DNA from: Bispira polyomma
Taxonomy: Eukaryota
Direction of reading: 5' to 3'
Assembly (NCBI GenBank): GCA_965649765.1
Contig: OZ287754.1
Location: forward strand, 50,654,001-50,718,000
DNA length: 64,000 nt
The notes under the pieces are model-generated. The model was not told the DNA's origin and ran no database searches. It worked only from the letters and a program-made list of their open reading frames with translations. Position numbers and translations under genes: made by a program. Below are positions 62,800 to 64,000 of this stretch, piece after piece (within the stretch, counting starts at the first letter, position 1; every line of letters begins with the position of its first letter).

Positions 62800-64000
62800 T
62801 AAATATGAAAGAGCCATTTTAAACATGAATTTTTTTAGTGCCAAGAATCCTGTGCAAGATTTTATATTGAAGCCAGATAATATTACAATCAGTTACAGAA
62901 TTGAAACAAATGTTAAAAAAAATTTTCCAGGTTAGATCGTTAATGAATAGATTTGCATTTCATTTCGGTTGATATTTTGGATTTAAATTCCATTTATTAA
63001 TTTTACAATGCAAATCCATGTTTTAATCTTTAAAAGTATTTTGAGATCACCAAGAATGTAAGGTATTTTGAGATCAACTAAGTCATTCAGTGTGCTTCCT
63101 TTAAAAAAAATTAATTAAGTCTGCCTTTACTTGGTAAATTATTATCAGGAAAGTCTTTTATACTTTTATGGTTTCCTTGCTTAGAAAGTTGCAATTTGAA
63201 ATAGTATTGCCAACAACAATACCTTTTTTTTATACCATTTAGGCTTGAAGAAATTACAGTTATAGCTTATCTCATTGTACTACAAAGGGATACAAAGTAA
63301 ATCATTTTTTTTCTTTATGTCTAGATCATTTAGGTGAGAAAAGTGATTTCAAAATTTCTTTCCAAACATAATGTTTGTTTAGGAGTCTAACATTTTGAAC
63401 AAGTGTGGGCCAAAATCTGTTGTTTTTTTGATCGGTGAAAAGGTCAATTAAAAAATTTTGGACCACTGACGACCTTGTGTTATAAGTCTTCTAATCCATG
63501 TTAGTTTCAAGACCTTGACAAATAGTTCCCTTCCAGACTGCCAGCGACTTACTTTTGACAAGTCTGGGCACTGCTAGTTTTATCTGGCTTTCCATCCTAC
63601 AGAAAATTATATAGTAAATTTTAATTTTTTTTACTTTCCTAAGGAGGTCAATGATATGGTATTTTTAATTTTAGTGATTGCTAAGTTGTAATTACATTCG
63701 GGCATTTGATCTAAGTTGAATTTGAAATTCAATCGTAAAAAGGAAAACAAAAATCTCTAGTCCAGTCAAAATAGTGCTTACAATCAAGTTTGTCTTTGAT
63801 TGCTTTTTCCTTTCGATCCATATAATTTTACATTTGGAAGAATCCATTTTTAATCGGGATAATGTACCATAAACGTCAATGGTATTCAAATCTGCTTTTA
63901 AGGAACTCTCTTGGCCATCCAGATTCAAAGTGGTATCATTAGCATATTGGGATATTTTAAATTCTGTATTATTGATAGTGATTCCTTAATCTTTTTGTAA
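62800..64000 (-). mobile_element. Decayed L1/Tx1-type LINE RT relic running off the window
   Basis: KISQYANDTTL (YADD-like), then SRLKMDSSKCKIIWI. Confidence 0.65.

Overview
AT-rich eukaryotic genomic DNA, probably from an invertebrate animal (a lophotrochozoan-like SINE/TE repertoire; this is inference). It holds one intact host gene: a spliced two-LIM-domain cysteine-rich protein / muscle LIM protein (CSRP/MLP family, + strand, coding exons 30956-38627, 173 aa). The rest is dominated by transposable elements. These include a near-full-length RTEX/Proto2-like LINE (-) carrying a locally templated 5' insertion, a DIRS1-type relic, a PIF/Harbinger relic with both genes, several L2/CR1/L1 relics, tRNA-derived SINEs and MITEs. 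A ~17 kb nest at 40.6-57.6 kb can be taken apart at base resolution for three junctions. An old CR1-group LINE was hit by a young L2, a complete Ngaro-type tyrosine-recombinase retrotransposon with A1-B1-A2-B2 split direct repeats, a solo LTR, an RTEX fragment and a Ginger-type transposon. The most interesting signal is in the Ngaro element. A splice donor in ORF1 and an acceptor just after the RT/RNaseH stop would join the Gag N-terminus in frame to the tyrosine recombinase. The same acceptor position and phase are kept in a highly diverged second Ngaro relic at 17.5-19.5 kb. All family assignments come from motif recognition by eye; no database searches were run.
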